Assembly (NCBI GenBank): GCA_964016885.1 | Contig: OZ024759.1 | Coordinates: 6,324,001-6,388,000, forward strand | DNA from: Eledone cirrhosa | Lineage: Eukaryota | DNA: 64,000 nucleotides | Direction: 5' to 3' | Shown here: positions 47,337-61,421 of the stretch, piece by piece | Position numbering within the stretch: the first letter of the stretch is position 1 | Layout: each line of letters opens with the position of its first letter | Notes under the pieces: generated by a model | Told to the model about the DNA's origin: nothing | Database searches by the model: none | What the model saw: the letters and a program-made list of their open reading frames with translations, nothing else | Position numbers and translations under genes: made by a program

Positions 47337-50300
47337 ATGTACACCAGGCCCGAACACAGAGGAACCAAACACCCACTGTCATCGCCTCCATCTCTCCCGC
47401 CCTCCACATCTCTCTTGTACACCAGGTCTGAACACAGAGGAACCAAACTCCCACTGTCATCACCTCCATCTCTCCTGCCCTCCCCATCTCTCATGTTCAC
47501 CAGGCCCGAACACAGAGGAACCAAACTCCCACTGTCATCGCTTCCATCTCTCCCGCCCTCCACATCTCTCATGTACACCAGGTCCGAACACAGAGGAACC
47601 AAACTCCCACTGTCATCACCTCCATCTCTCCTGCCCTCCCCATCTCTCATGTACACCAGGTCTGAACACAGAGGAACCAAACTCCCACTGTCATCAACTC
47701 CATCTCTCCTGCCCTCCCCATCTCTCATGTACACCAGGTCTGAACACAGAGGAACCAAACTCCCACTGTCATCGCTTCCATCTCTCCTGCCCTTCCCATC
47801 TCTCATGTACACCAGGCCCGAACACAGAGGAACCAAACTCCCACTGTCATCGCTTCCATCTCTCCTGCCCTTCCCATCTCTCATGTACACCAGGTCTGAA
47901 CACAGAGGAACCAAACTCCCACTGTCATCACCTCCATCTCTCCCGCCCTCCACATCTCTCATGTACACCAGGCCTGAACACAGAGGAACCAAACTCCCAC
48001 TGTCATCACCTCCATCTCTCCTGCCCTCCCCATCTCTCATGTACACCAGGTCCGAACACAGAGGAATCAAACTCCCACTGTCATCGCTTCCATCTCTCCT
48101 GCCCTCCCCATCTCTCATGTACACCAGGCCCGAACACAGAGGAACCAAACTCCCACTGTCATCGCTTCCATCTCTCCTGCCCTCCCCATCTCTCATGTAC
48201 ACCAGGCCCGAACACAGAGGAATCAAACTCCCACTGTCATCACCTCCATCTCTCCCGCCCTCCACATCTCTCATGTACACCAGGTCTGAACACAGAGGAA
48301 CCAAACTCCCACTGTCATCACCTCCATCTCTCCTGCCCTCCCCATCTCTCATGTACACCAGGTCTGAACACAGAGGAACCAAACTCCCACTGTCATCACC
48401 TCCATCTCTCCTGCCCTCCCCATCTCTCATGTACACCAGGTCTGAACACAGAGGAACCAAACTCCCACTGTCATCGCTTCCATCTCTCCTGCCCTCCCCA
48501 TCTCTCATGTACACCAGGCCCGAACACAGAGGAATCAAACTCCCACTGTCATCACCTCCATCTCTCCCGCCCTCCACATCTCTCATGTACACCAGGTCTG
48601 AACACAGAGGAACCAAACTCCCACTGTCATCACCTCCATCTCTCCTGCCCTCCCCATCTCTCATGTACACCAGGTCTGAACACAGAGGAACCAAACTCCC
48701 ACTGTCATCAACTCCATCTCTCCTGCCCTCCCCATCTCTCATGTACACCAGGTCTGAACACAGAGGAACCAAACTCCCACTGTCATCACCTCCATCTCTC
48801 CTGCCCTCCCCATCTCTCATGTACACCAGGTCTGAACACAGAGGAACCAAACTCCCACTGTCATCACCTCCATCTCTCCTGCCCTCCCCATCTCTCATGT
48901 ACACCAGGTCTGAACACAGAGGAACCAAACTCCCACTGTCATCACCTCCATCTCTCCTGCCCTCCCCATCTCTCATGTACACCAGGTCTGAACACAGAGG
49001 AACCAAACTCCCACTGTCATCACCTCCATCTCTCCTGCCCTCCCCATCTCTCATGTACACCAGGTCTGAACACAGAGGAACCAAACTCCCACTGTCATCA
49101 ACTCCATCTCTCCTGCCCTCCCCATCTCTCATGTACACCAGGCCCGAACACAGAGGAATCAAACTCCCACTGTCATCACCTCCATCTCTCCCGCCCTCCA
49201 CATCTCTCATGTACACCAGGTCCGAACACAGAGGAACCAAACTCCCACTGTCATCACCTCCATCTCTCCTGCCCTCCCCATCTCTCATGTACACCAGGTC
49301 TGAACACAGAGGAACCAAACTCCCACTGTCATCAACTCCATCTCTCCTGCCCTCCCCATCTCTCATGTACACCAGGTCTGAACACAGAGGAACCAAACTC
49401 CCACTGTCATCGCTTCCATCTCTCCTGCCCTCCCCATCTCTCATGTACACCAGGCCCGAACACAGAGGAACCAAACTCCCACTGTCATCGCTTCCATCTC
49501 TCCTGCCCTCCCCATCTCTCATGTACACCAGGCCCGAACACAGAGGAACCAAACTCCCACTATCATCGCTTCCATCTCTCCTGCCCTTCCCATCTCTCAT
49601 GTACACCAGGCCTGAACACAGAGGAACCAAACTCCCACTGTCATCACCTCCATCTCTCCCGCCCTCCACATCTCTCATGTACACCAGGTCTGAACACAGA
49701 GGAACCAAACTCCCACTGTCATCACCTCCATCTCTCCCGCCCTCCCCATCTCTCATGTACACCAGGCCCGAACACAGAGGAACCAAACTCCCACTGTCAT
49801 CACCTCCATCTCTCCTGCCCTCCCCATCTCTCATGTACACCAGGTCTGAACACAGAGGAACCAAACTCCCACTGTCATCGCTTCCATCTCTCCTGCTCTC
49901 CCCATCTCTCATGTACACCAGGTCCGAACACAGAGGAACCAAACTCCCACTGTCATCACCTCCATCTCTCCCGCCCTCCACATCTCTCATGTACACCAGG
50001 TCCGAACACAGAGGAACCAAACTCCCACTGTCATCGCCTCCATCTCTCCCGCCCTCCACATCTCTCATGTACACTAGGCCCGAACACAGAGGAACCAAAC
50101 TCCCACTGTCATCGCCTCCATCTCTCCCGCCCTCCACATCTCTCATGTACACCAGGTCTGAACACAGAGGAACCAAACTCCCACTGTCATCACCTCCATC
50201 TCTCCCCCTCTCCCAATCTCTCATGTACACCAGGCCCGAACACAGAGGAACCAAACTCCCACTGTCATCACCTCCATCTCTCCCGCCCTCCACATCTCTC

Positions 50301-53109
50301 ATGTACACCAGGTCTGAACACAGAGGAACCAAACTCCCACTGTCATCACCTCCATCTCTCCCCCTCTCCCAATCTCTCATGTACACTAGGCCCGAACACA
50401 GAGGAACCAAACTCCCACTGTCATCGCCTCCATCTCTCCCGCCCTCCACATCTCTCATGTACACCAGGCCCGAACACAGAGGAACCAAACTCCCACTGCC
50501 ATCACCTCCATCTCTCCCGCCCTCCACATCTCTCATGTACACCAGGTCTGAACACAGAGGAACCAAACTCCCACTGTCATCACCTCCATCTCTCCCCCTC
50601 TCCCAATCTCTCATGTACACTAGGCCCGAACACAGAGGAACCAAACTCCCACTGTCATCGCCTCCATCTCTCCTGCCCTCCCCATCTCTCATGTACACCA
50701 GGCCCGAACACAGAGGAACCAAACTCCCACTGTCATCGCTTCCATCTCTCCTGCTCTCCCCATCTCTCATGTACACCAGGTCCGAACACAGAGGAACCAA
50801 ACTCCCACTGTCATCGCTTCCATCTCTCCCGCCCTCCCCATCTCTCATGTACACCAGGCCCGAACACAGAGGAATCAAACTCCCACTGTCATCACCTCCA
50901 TCTCTCCTGCCCTTCCCATCTCTCATGTACACCAGGTCTGAACACAGAGGAACCAAACTCCCACTGTCATCACCTCCATCTCTCCTGCCCTTCCCATCTC
51001 TCATGTACACCAGGTCTGAACACAGAGGAACCAAACTCCCACTGTCATCACCTCCATCTCTCCCGCCCTCCACATCTCTCATGTACACCAGGTCCGAACA
51101 CAGAGGAACCAAACTCCCACTGTCATCGCCTCCATCTCTCCCGCCCTCCACATCTCTCATGTACACTAGGCCCGAACACAGAGGAACCAAACTCCCACTG
51201 TCATCGCCTCCATCTCTCCCGCCCTCCACATCTCTCATGTACACCAGGTCTGAACACAGAGGAACCAAACTCCCACTGTCATCACCTCCATCTCTCCCCC
51301 TCTCCCAATCTCTCATGTACACCAGGCCCGAACACAGAGGAACCAAACTCCCACTGTCATCACCTCCATCTCTCCCGCCCTCCACATCTCTCATGTACAC
51401 CAGGTCTGAACACAGAGGAACCAAACTCCCACTGTCATCACCTCCATCTCTCCCCCTCTCCCAATCTCTCATGTACACTAGGCCCGAACACAGAGGAACC
51501 AAACTCCCACTGTCATCACCTCCATCTCTCCTGCCCTCCCCATCTCTCATGTACACCAGGCCCGAACACAGAGGAACCAAACTCCCACTGTCATCACCTC
51601 CATCTCTCCTGCCCTCCCCATCTCTCATGTACACCAGGCCCGAACACAGAGGAACCAAACTCTCACTGTCATCGCTTCCATCTCTCCCGCCCTCCCCATC
51701 TCTCATGTACACCAGGCCCGAACACAGAGGAACCAAACTCCCACTGTCATCGCTTCCATCTCTCCCGCCCTCCACATCTCTCATGTACACCAGGCCTGAA
51801 CACAGAGGAACCAAACTCCCACTGTCATCGCTTCCATCTCTCCCGCCCTCCACATCTCTCATGTACACCAGGCCCGAACACAGAGGAACCAAACTCCCAC
51901 TGTCATCGCTTCCATCTCTCCCGCCCTCCACATCTCTCATGTACACCAGGCCTGAACACAGAGGAACCAAACTCCCACTGTCATCGCCTCCATCTCTCCC
52001 CCTCTCCCCATCTCTCATGTACACCAGGTCCGAACACAGAGGAACCAAACTCCCACTGTCATCACCTCCATCTCTCCTGCCCTCCACATCTCTCATGTAC
52101 ACCAGGTCCGAACACAGAGGAACCAAACTCCCACTGTCATCGCCTCCATCTCTCCCGCCCTCCACATCTCTCATGTACACTAGGCCCGAACACAGAGGAA
52201 CCAAACTCCCACTGTCATCGCCTCCATCTCTCCCGCCCTCCACATCTCTCATGTACACCAGGCCCGAACACAGAGGAACCAAACTCCCACTGTCATCACC
52301 TCCATCTCTCCCGCCCTCCACATCTCTCATGTACACCAGGTCTGAACACAGAGGAACCAAACTCCCACTGTCATCACCTCCATCTCTCCCCCTCTCCCAA
52401 TCTCTCATGTACACTAGGCCCGAACACAGAGGAACCAAACTCCCACTGTCATCGCCTCCATCTCTCCTGCCCTCCCCATCTCTCATGTACACCAGGCCCG
52501 AACACAGAGGAACCAAACTCCCACTGTCATCACCTCCATCTCTCCCGCCCTCCACATCTCTCATATACACCAGGTCTGAACACAGAGGAACCAAACTCCC
52601 ACTGTCATCGCTTCCATCTCTCCCGCCCTCCACATCTCTCATGTACACCAGGCCCGAACACAGAGGAACCAAACTCTCACTGTCATCGCTTCCATCTCTC
52701 CCGCCCTCCACATCTCTCATGTACACCAGGTCTGAACACAGAGGAACCAAACTCCCACTGTCATCGCCTCCATCTCTCCCCCTCTCCCCATCTTTCATGT
52801 ACACCAGGCCTGAACACAGAGGAACCAAACTCCCACTGTCATCACCTCCATCTCTCCCGCCCTCCCCATCTCTCATGTACACCATGGCCGAACACAGAGG
52901 AACCAAACTCCCACTGTCATCGCTTCCATCTCTCCCGCCCTCCACATCTCTCATGTACACCAGGCCTGAACACAGAGGAACCAAACTCCCACTGTCATCG
53001 CTTCCATCTCTCCCGCCCTCCACATCTCTCATGTACACCAGGCCTGAACACAGAGGAACCAAACTCCCACTGTCATCGCTTCCATCTCTCCCGCCCTCCA
53101 CATCTCTCA
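47337..53109. repeat. 78-bp tandem satellite, about 74 copies, no indels
   Basis: Unit ATGTACACCAGGCCCGAACACAGAGGAACCAAACTCCCACTGTCATCACCTCCATCTCTCCTGCCCTCCCCATCTCTC; 26-aa periodicity in both long ORFs of the track. Confidence 0.99.
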
Positions 53110-53429
53110 CTATTATGAGCAAATGGGATCCCATGCGCTGGCCGCTCCACAGCCCCGGTTGACAGAATAGAGCAGGTGTTTTCCCGGAAGATGGTGAGGG
53201 AGATGTGCTGGAAGAATGGTGGTTTGTCTCCCAACTCGTCTGCACGCATCAGATTTCCAGAAAAGATTTCTGCCAGCCGAGTTCATTGTGACGTTTTTCA
53301 CATATCTGGCTAATGCGAGCCTCCTACACATTATGTCACAGGATACCACAACTACCATGGATGATTTGCATAACATTGAGTACTTTAATTAATTTGTTAC
53401 ATCATCATATACCAACCTGACCCACCAGT

Positions 53430-54210
53430 TCTACCCATTGGTAAACAGCCTAACATAAAAAAAAGAATGTGACCTGGGAATTACAGTCAGCAGTAATTTG
53501 CGTTGGACGAAGCACGTCTCTAAAATTGTCAAGAAGGCCGAGGGTGTCTTAGCATCACTCAGCAAGACCTTTGTCAGCCGTTCTCCAGCTATCTATTTAA
53601 AGCTGTATATATCTATGGTGTGGCCACACTTGGAATGAGCATCACCAGTCAGGAACCTCTATCATGCTCAGAACATTGACCTCCTGGAAACTGGTCAGAG
53701 ACGTGCAACCAAACGAATACCCTCCATCAGGCATCTACCATACTCTGAACGCCTTGGATCCCTGGGCATGGATACATTAAAGCTCTGTCATCTGGCAACT
53801 GACTTGGTAGACACACAAGATTGTTAACCATCTTGCCAACAACAACCCTGAGTACCTTTTTGATTTCTATGTGTCTAACACACGTGGACATGCCCACAAA
53901 GTCAGAAAACAGCACAGTTCCCATGACTTTCGGAAACATTTTTTCATGCTAAGAGTTGCTGAAGCATGGAACAAACTACCTGCATCAGTTGTTAGATGTC
54001 AGGACACTGCATCCTTTAAAACCTCCATGCTTCCTGAGATTCGCCAACACTACACCTAATATTCCCCCTTCCATACACATACACACATGTATATCATGAC
54101 TCATACACTATTCACTTCCCTGACATTTGTATATTATTCTATGTACTATACATTCACCTTTGATGAGTTGTAGTGTTCCTGAGCACTTTACACAATAATT
54201 TCATTATTAT
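53430..54210 (+). mobile_element. CR1-clade LINE 3' fragment
   Basis: ECDLGITVSSNLRWTKHV...LKLYISMVWPHLE...QRRATKRIP...YSERL...TRGHAHKV...FFMLRVAEAWNKLP; stops and frameshifts; short ATT tail. Confidence 0.9.
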
Positions 54211-54223
54211 AAATGGTATATAA

Positions 54224-54271
<48 letters not shown>

Positions 54272-54870
54272 TGTCTCTTTCTTTATGTCAGGTCACCAGT
54301 TGGTGCTACTGGTAACATGTATCCCAGTACAACCTGACTCATGGTCGGGTCGTTGGCGACTAAACTGGCAACCCCACCAAGGTTCCTTGGTGAGGAGGGT
54401 GACTTTGGACATCCTGCAGGACTAAAAACAAAACCTGTCAAAGGGCAAAGGAGCTCTTAAGAGTCAATGGCCATCCAAAATCACTGGGAGAGATGACCCC
54501 TTAGCCTTTGTCAAGGCAGAATTCTAGGAGAAGGAAAACTCTGATATAACACCTGCAACCCTGATGGTATCCAATGATGTTGACTTGTTCTTCTTTTTGG
54601 TAAATATCGTCTTGGTTAAGAGAGTGGGACTGGCTTTGTACAGTGCCTTTGCTCACTATAAAAGCTTCACGGCACAGGCATTGCTTTATATCTGGAGATC
54701 TCTCTGCACTTGTCGTCACATGGTACCATAATTGTCACAGGTGTAGTGTTTGCACCAGAGTTTTCAAGTCCCTGGCTGGACTAAAAAGTCACACTCGTTC
54801 AGCGCATCGGTAGGGGTTCTCCTACATGGATATAAAGTAGTGGCCGTACTCGAAAACGAGTTGGCAGCCA

Positions 54871-54908
<38 letters not shown>

Positions 54909-54909
54909 G

Positions 54910-55641
54910 GTCACCTACCTAGGTGATCGAATTAGCAGTGGAGGTGGGTGTTTGGAAAGTACAGTAACCAGGGTAAGAATGGGATGGAAGAAGTTCAGGG
55001 AGCTACTGACACTGCTAGCTGCAAAAGGCTTCTCCCTCAAAATGAAAGGCAGACTATGATGTGTGTATACGAACAACAATGTTACATGGTAGTGAGACCT
55101 GGGCGCTGTCTGTAGAAGACTTACGTAGATTAGAAAGAAACGAAGCCTGCATGCTCCGATGGATGTGTAACAGTAATCTATGCGAACGGCAAAGCATAAA
55201 CGAACTGAGCATATGTTGTGTGCAGGAGAGGAGGTTGCGTTGGTATGGACATGTGATGCATATGAAGGATGACAGCTGCATCAAAAGGTGCAGAGCACTA
55301 GAAGTCGATGGAAGCCATGGAGTGGGGAGACCCAAGAAGACCTGGGATGAGGTGATAAAAGCCGACCTTACCCAATTACACCTCTCAAAGGCGATGACAC
55401 ACGACCATGACTTCTGGCGTCACACAGTAATACAGAAGACCTGACTTCGCACGGGAACAAGCCGAAGCTAAAGCATATAGACAATATGCCCCCACCCTTT
55501 CCACTGTAAAGTGGAGGTATAGGCGCCATGGAAAAAAGAGCAAGACAAGGTTAGCCGACTGGACACTGCCCACAACAGGACTACCCGTCTAACCCATGCT
55601 AGCGTTGAAGAACGGACGTAAAACGGTGATGATGATGATGA
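54910..55641 (+). mobile_element. RTE-LINE 3' fragment
   Basis: TYLGD...GWKKFREL...HGSETW...RRLRWYGHV...GRPKKTW; (GAT)n tail. Confidence 0.92.
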
Positions 55642-55644
55642 TAT

Positions 55645-56957
55645 TATCATCATCATCATCATCATTTTACGTCCGCTTTTCCCTGATTGCAAGGGTGAGA
55701 CAGGTCCTATGAAGCACGACAACTCTCCACTTGTCACGGTCCTTCGTCATCTCCTCCGTGAGATTCAGCGATCTGAGGTCAGCTGTCATCTCCGCCCATG
55801 TTTTTCGTGGTTTTCCTCTATTGGGTCTTCCTTCCACTGGGATTTCTTGGCACTTCTTTACCCAGCAGTCATCCTCCATGTGTATCACATGTCCATACAA
55901 ACACAGTATTCTCTCTCGCACACTACAGTTTACCCTTCTTATACTCAGTTTCTCCCTCAATTCATCTATGTTTGGTCATTCACGCACATTGACATTGCAC
56001 CTCCAATGGAGCATGCTAGCTTCATTTCTCTCCATCCATCGCATATCCTCTGTAGTTGCTGCCCATGTCTCAATACCATGCAGCATCATGCATCACACAC
56101 AGGCATCATATAACCGGCCTTTTGTTCATAGGGAGAAACCCTTCTTTGTCAACAGAAGAAGCAGCTCCCTAAACTTCTTCCTACTCGTCCTTATTCTAGA
56201 TACTATGGCCTCGGAGCACCCTCCCCCTTGCTAATCTGATCACCTAGGTATCAGAAGCTATCAACCACCTCTATAGAACCTACCTGCATTTAAAAAATGT
56301 GTCTATCACTGCGACTTCTACTGTCAAATTTCCCTGTACATCTACTGCATATGTAGTTTTCCCTACCTGTTAGTTTGCCAGCTATCCCACTACGCCTCTA
56401 GTGTACCCAAGATTTTATAGAATTTATGCCAACTCCTTTTCTACATATTGAACATGGCCATTTCCCTGATGGAATCAGGGTTTTGTCCTCTTTCCTACTT
56501 ATCAACACTTTAGTCTTAGCTAGATTTACTCTCAGTCCTCTTGCTTCCAACTGCTGTTTCCATAGCCAGAATTTATTCTCTAGCTCCTCTACTGATTCTG
56601 CTATAAGAACCAGATCGTCAGCATAGAGAAGTTCCCATGGGCAGCCAGTCTTAAACTCCTCTGTTATGGCTTGGAGGACTATAATGAACAAGAGTGCGCT
56701 GAGGACTGAACCTTGATGCACTCCTACTTGTATCTGGAATTCCTCACTAAACTCCATTCCTACTCTCACTTTACTGACAGCACCCCTGTACATAGCTTGC
56801 ACTGTCCTCACAAGCCATTCCTCAACACCTAGTTTCCTTGGGGACCACCAGATGACAGATTGGGGCGCTCTATCAAAGGCCTTCTCTAGGTCAACAAAAG
56901 CTAAGTATAGTGGCTTATTCTTCTCTAAGAACCTCTCTTGTAGTTGTCTCACTAAGA
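55645..56957 (-). mobile_element. RTE-LINE 3' half (diverged subfamily), tail-to-tail with the previous element
   Basis: [48 protein letters not shown]; (CAT)n on the plus strand. Confidence 0.93.
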
Positions 56958-57679
56958 AGTGGGTATCTGTATTTATGCTAGTCTAGAATTCAAAATCTCC
57001 GTTTTTCTCTCGGATTTTTCAATTAATATTTTACATGTTTTTAATAATATGTCTCATTCTGTTGGACCCTTCCTAAAAACTAACCTTCTAGTATTATTAT
57101 TAATTAATTATTCTAGAACCTTCCTGCATCTCGCTCGCTAACTTTGTAAACACTTTGCTCCTTCTCTCATACCCCCCCCCCCCCCCGTCTGATCGCAAGT
57201 ATAAAATAAACCTTGCTGGGTTCCCAAGGACAGAATTTATCTATCTATCTAATCTATCTTATGGACGATCTGTCGATTTTGAGAATGTAAGGAAAATACT
57301 TGTCTTTCCTTTTACCTGTAGTCGACTCAATAGAGTTTTAAACTTGTATTTATGCCAGTCTAGAATTCAAATTCTTCGTTTTTCTCTTGGATTTTCAATT
57401 AATATTTTACATATTTTTAATATGTCTCATTCTTTGCAGCAAAGAGTTACGGCCTTTTATGGTCTGAGTTCAAATCCCGCCGAGGTACTTTGCCTTTCAT
57501 CCTTACGGGGCCGATAAAATAAAGTACCAGTAATACACTGGGATAATTGCTGGCCTTGTGCCAAAAGTAGAAACAATTATTATTACTTAATTATTCTAGA
57601 ACCTTCCTAAAAACTAATCTTCTCCTAAAGTTACCCATTTCTCGCCCCCCCCCCCCCCCACACACACACACAACCACCA

Positions 57680-60600
57680 TTGCTATATGGTCCAATCATA
57701 ACTCAGCGGCTTTAGTAAGTTCTCTAACAAATCAGTATAGCAAAGCTGCCACCCCGGTTACTACTCCTTAAGTTTAGACCTGTTTGATGGGTTGACTGCC
57801 GAAATTTGGAAAGTCTAAGCACTCAATGACAATGTCACAGATGAAGATAAATTCACCTCCCGCTGCAAGACGAGAATACAAGGACCCCTCTTTATTTCAG
57901 ACACGGATGACCAACAAAATCCCGTCTCCCACACCCCTCCCTGCCCCTCCAACCCATACATCCCACCCTCCCAACTTCAGAGTTGGTACCATGAACGTAG
58001 GCACATTGAAAGGTCGCTCAAATGAGGTTGTAGAGATGCTTGAACGTAAAGAAGTTGATGTTTGTTGTATTCAAGAGACTAGGTGGAGAGGGGGATCTGC
58101 CAGATTCATCGTGGGTAAAAAACGATGCTATAAACTTTTCTGGGTGGGAAATGACAACAGACAGGGTGGAGTAGGAATTATGTTAGCTGAATAATGGGTA
58201 GATAAGGTAATTGACGTAAATATAGTGAATGACAGAATAATTAAAATAAGACTAGTTCTAAATAGAATTACTGTAACAATAATATCTGCTTATGCACCCC
58301 AATCTGGTTTACCTGACGTTATAAAGGACAGGTTCTATGAGATGCTAATGCACACTACCTCCCAAATAACCGACAGTAACTGCATAACTATAGCTGGCGA
58401 TCTAAACGGTCACATTGGACAACATAGTGATGGCTATGATGGAATCCATGGAGGCTATGGGGTTGGAAATAAAAATGAGGAGGGCTTCAGAATCCTGGAA
58501 TTCTGTGATGCTAATAACCTAACTATCTGTAACACAAACTTCAAAAAATGAGAAAACCACTTGATCACCTATAGATCAGGGGAACACGCCAGCCAGATAG
58601 ATTATATCCTTACTAGAAGACGGGACAAAGTGTCTGTTGTAAACACTAAACCTTCCAACATAGCCTAGCAGTTAGTGACCTCATAGTCAGGAATAGACGT
58701 ACTCGACGACAGAGGAAGTCTACCTTGAGGAGAAGAATATGGAAGTTGAAGGACCCCATAGCCAGTGACAAATTTAAAAGCTTATTACTTGATTCCTTTG
58801 ACAATAAGGAAGAGCAATTAGAGACGCGCAATATAGAGGAACAATGGCAATTCTTGAAAGTGAACCTGCTGAAAGCAACAGATGTAATCTGTGGCTGGAG
58901 CAGACCTATAGGCAGGGGGAGAGTAACGTGGTGGTGGAACAGTAAGGTGGAAGAGACAATCAAGGCCAAAAAGCAGGCTTGGAAAGTATGGCAGGATGGG
59001 AAGTAGAGAGCACTATCAAGTGGCCAGGAGAGAAGCTAGGAGACAAGTGTACCTTGCAAAAAGGGAAGCAGAGGATAGAAAGTTCAAGCATGTTCTACAA
59101 CGTGAGGACAAAAAACGTGAGGTGTTCAGGATTGCTAGACAATGTGTCAAGGAAAACCGTGATATTGTCGGGGAGAAGTGTGTCCTTAATGATGATGGTG
59201 TACTTGCCCTCACTGATACTGATAAGAAGATAGCCTGGAAGTGTCACTATGAGAGACTACTAAATGAGGAGAATAAATGGGAAAAAGATAGTCTGCCCCA
59301 AATCGATCCAATAGAAGGACCAGCAGTGCAAGTTAAAGGTAGTATAATAAGTAAGGCAATCAAAGATATGAAGACAGGTAAGGCAGCTGGACATTCGGAG
59401 ATAGTTGCTGAGATGTTGAAGGAATCTGGAATGGTGGGACATACTATGGTCACCCGTATAGTTAACCAAGTCATACAGAATGGGGTCATACCAAAAGACT
59501 GGCGTAGCAGCATCATCATTAACTGCTACAAGGGTAAAGAGGATGCTCTAGATAGGGGAAACTATAGAGGCATTAAGTTAGTTGACCAGGTCATGAAGGT
59601 CACAGAAAGAGTTATAGCACAACTAATCAGAGAGCGAATTGATCTAGATGAAATGCAGTTTGGGTTTGTGTCAGGTAAAAGTACCACAGATGCTCTTTTC
59701 CTTGTACGACAACTACAGGAGAAGTACCTAGCTAAAAGTAAACCCCTCTACTTAGCTTTTGTAGACTTGGAGAAAGCCTTTGACAGAGTCCCCTGCTCTA
59801 TTATCTGGTGGGCCCTTAGAAAGCTAGGAGTAGATGAATGGCTTGTGAGAGCTATACAAGCCATGTATAAAGAAACAATCAGCAAGGTTAGAATTAACAA
59901 TGAATATAGTGAAGAATTTAGTGTAAAAGTTGGTGTTCATCAAGGCTCTGTCCTTAGCCCCCTCCTATTTATTATTGCCCTTCAGGCTATAACAGAGGAG
60001 TTCAAGACTGGCTGCCCATGGGAACTCCTATATGCAGATGATCTAACGCTCATAGCTGAATCAATGGCTGAACTAGAGAAGAAATTCCAAACATGGAAGG
60101 AAGCATGGCCTAGAATCAAAAGGCCTTAAAGTTAACTTGTCTAAAGTTCTAGTTTAACTAAAGTTCTAGTTTGTAGAAAAGAAAATAAGGCACAGGTGTT
60201 CTCGGGGAAATGGCCATGCTCAGTGTGTAGGAAAGGAGTAGGCAGAAATTCCATTTTATGTTCCAAATGCAAAGTATGCGTACATAAAAGATGTAGTGGG
60301 ATCACAGGTAAACTATCTAAGAACGTAGACTTTATATGTGGCCGATGCTCAGGTGCAATAAGTAGCAAGTATCCACAGAATACAAGCTCCTTCTATTGCC
60401 CAGATGGTTCTATAGAAATAGTGGACACTTTCCGTTACCTGGGTGACAAAATCAGCAGTGGTGGAGGGTGTTCTGAAAGTAGAGTAGCCAGAAGTACAGT
60501 CAGAATGGGATGGAAAAAGTTCAGAGAGCTTATACCACTGTTGGCCACAAAAGGTTTCTCTCTAAAAATGAAATGCAGATTGTATGATGCTTGTATACGA

Positions 60601-61421
60601 ACAGCAATTCTACATGGCAGTGAGGTATGGGCATTACGTGCAGAGGACCTGCGCAGACTGGAAAGGAACGAAGCATGCATGCTCTGTTGGATGTGTAATA
60701 GTAATATACGTGGACGGCAAAGCATAAATGAACTAAGTGAGAAATTAGGAATAAGAGGGATCAGATGCTGTTTACTTGAGAGAAGACTATGTTGGTATGG
60801 CCACGTGATGCGCATGAAAGACGACAGCTGTATAAAAAAGTGCAGGGCAATCAAAATTGATGGTAGTTACGGAGTAGGTAGACCCAGAAATACCTGGGAC
60901 GATCTGATAAATTCCGACCTTACACACTTACACCTCTCCAAGACAATGTCACTGGACCGAGATCTTTGGCGCTATGCAGTAATACAGAAAACCCGCCTTG
61001 TCTATGTACAAAGCGAAACCTACAGTCAGTAGGCACCTCTTAACCAAATATACACCTCTATCCACTACCCCTACCCTATCATCCCACTCCCACCAACACC
61101 ACCCTCTCTCTGTAAAGTTGTTTCCACAACATCCAGTCCAAACAAATAAAATAATGAGATCGAGATCGTGTAGGTGTCACGACAAAAAACACACAGTCCA
61201 CGCTGTAATGTGGCCGTGTAGGTAACAAGGTAAAAAGTTCCCAGTTCCACACTGTAAATGTGGTTGGTGTTAGGAAGGGCATCCAGCCGTAGAAAACCTG
61301 CCAGACAGTCCTATATGAGTGAGACATGGTCACCCGACCAACCTTGCCTCAAGTGGGACAACTCCCGTCTAACCCATGCTAGCGTGGAAGATGGACGTTA
61401 AACGAAGATGATGATGAGATG

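Noticed and set aside
56960-57630. Local direct repeats of about 90 bp and 50 bp (56965/57345; 57067/57580)
   Set aside because: Small degenerate duplications between TE fragments; no LTR termini, TSD or coding signal.
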